A DNA stretch of 63,920 nt, filler included, from Octopus bimaculoides (lineage: Eukaryota): NCBI RefSeq assembly GCF_001194135.2. It is 4 parts of 4 records of this genome, joined end to end, with 100 filler letters (N's around TTAATTAATTAA, not from the genome) between each part and the next. Parts side by side here need not be neighbours in the genome. Positions count along the whole stretch, not along the records: positions 62,817 to 63,920 come from NC_068983.1; 3 more parts are not named here. One strand, written 5' to 3'. Position 1 is the stretch's first letter; every line of letters starts with the position of its first letter. The position numbers were made by a program, and so were the translations under genes. The notes beneath the pieces are model-generated. The model ran no database searches. It was given only the letters and a program-made list of their open reading frames with translations, and had not been told where the DNA came from. Below are positions 62,817-63,920 of this stretch, piece by piece.

Positions 62817-63918
62817 CAGACACAATTTCTGTACGACCATTAGCGTCGACCTTGAAAAACTTTGGAGTGCGAGAAAGCACACGATAGGGTCCTTTGTAAG
62901 GAGAAACAAGGGGTCCTTTGACAGAATCATCCCTAATAAACATATGAGACCAAGACTCAATGTCTGCTGGCACTCTAAAGGGAGGTGACTGTTGTCTGGG
63001 GCCCATAGATGGAAGATTGGAGAAATACTCTCGCAACCGAGTAACATAGGACTCTGGGTGTGGTGGTTGTGATGAGTCTGGTACCACCATCGCACCAGGC
63101 ACCGTCAACGTGGTGCCGTAAAGAAGTTCCGCCGAGGAGTAACCCAAGTCAGCTTTTACCGCAGTCCGGCATCCAAGGAGAACAACCGGAAGAATTTCAA
63201 CCCAAAACTGCGGGTTGGGCGAGGCGCGCAAGGCGCGCAAGGCGGCCTTAAGTTGTCGATGAAACCGCTCAACCATCCCATTAGAAGCGGGATGGTAGCT
63301 GGTGGTGCGTATACGATGCACCACCAGGATTTGTGATAGGTCACGAAAAAGCGCGGCCTCAAATTGCCGGCCACGATCTGTGGTCAAACTGACCGGTACT
63401 CCGAACCTCGACACCCACCCAGAAACGAAAGCCTGGGCAACAGTCTCAGAAGTAATATCTGCTATAGGAATGGCTTCTGGCAAACGTGAGAAACGGTCAA
63501 CACAAGTTAACAGGTATGAGAACCCGCGATACACTGGTAACGGTCCAACCAAATCAAGATGGATGCGACGGAAACGGGCTTCAGGAGAAGGAAATTGTCC
63601 AAGAGGGGCACGAACGTGCCTATGGACCTTCGCACTCTGGCACTTCATGCAGGAGCGTGCCCAAGTGGCAATTGATCGCCGCATATTGGGCCAGAAAAAC
63701 CGAGCAGTGATAAGCTTTACTGTTGCTGAGATGCCCGGATATGACAAAGAATGAAGGGCATCAAACACAGAACGTTGATGGTTCGTAGGTACTAAAGGCC
63801 TAGGAGAACCTGTGGATGTGTCACATAATATAGAGCCCTCGGATGAAGGGAGTGGAAGATAAGCAAATTTACAGTTGCTGAATTTTGACGAAGTCAAATC
63901 TAAACTTGATAAAGAAGG
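62817..63918 (-). CDS. Ty3/gypsy LTR retrotransposon pol, integrase domain (partial at both ends)
   Basis: About 365 codons without a stop. Zn finger HSLSYPG..CMKC (2nd His replaced by Tyr), catalytic IHLD..TTDRG..(35 aa)..MVERFH and a GPY motif (YKGPYRVL). GC content is visibly higher than the rest of the window. Confidence 0.95.
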
Positions 63919-63920
63919 TT

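Overview
AT-rich, microsatellite-saturated, gap-rich eukaryotic DNA. The SINE repertoire is the one I associate with Octopus (coleoid cephalopod); this is recognition from memory, not a database result. Three artificial 100-bp spacers (N44-TTAATTAATTAA-N44) split the window into four separately assembled pieces: 1-28350, 28451-55732, 55833-62716 and 62817-63920. No host protein-coding gene could be identified with confidence, and almost all supplied ORFs are translations of microsatellites or N-runs. Recognisable coding remnants are all transposable elements: a Penelope-like GIY-YIG fragment (24016-24553, minus), a full-length but disabled maT/DD37D Tc1-mariner (24935-26214), a decayed Tigger/pogo element (about 51757-53895, minus) and an open Ty3/gypsy integrase (62817-63918, minus). 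At least four tRNA-headed SINE families are present in about 30 copies, some nested. The most interesting signal is a set of minimal type-I hammerhead-ribozyme-like motifs with palindromic stem III, in at least two families. One of them lies in the 3' repeat of the Penelope element, downstream of a tRNA-like Pol III promoter. Also notable are an orphan ~110-170 aa ORF cassette with a poly(A) signal, three long fold-back hairpins and a motif-dense promoter-like island near 14.6-14.9 kb.
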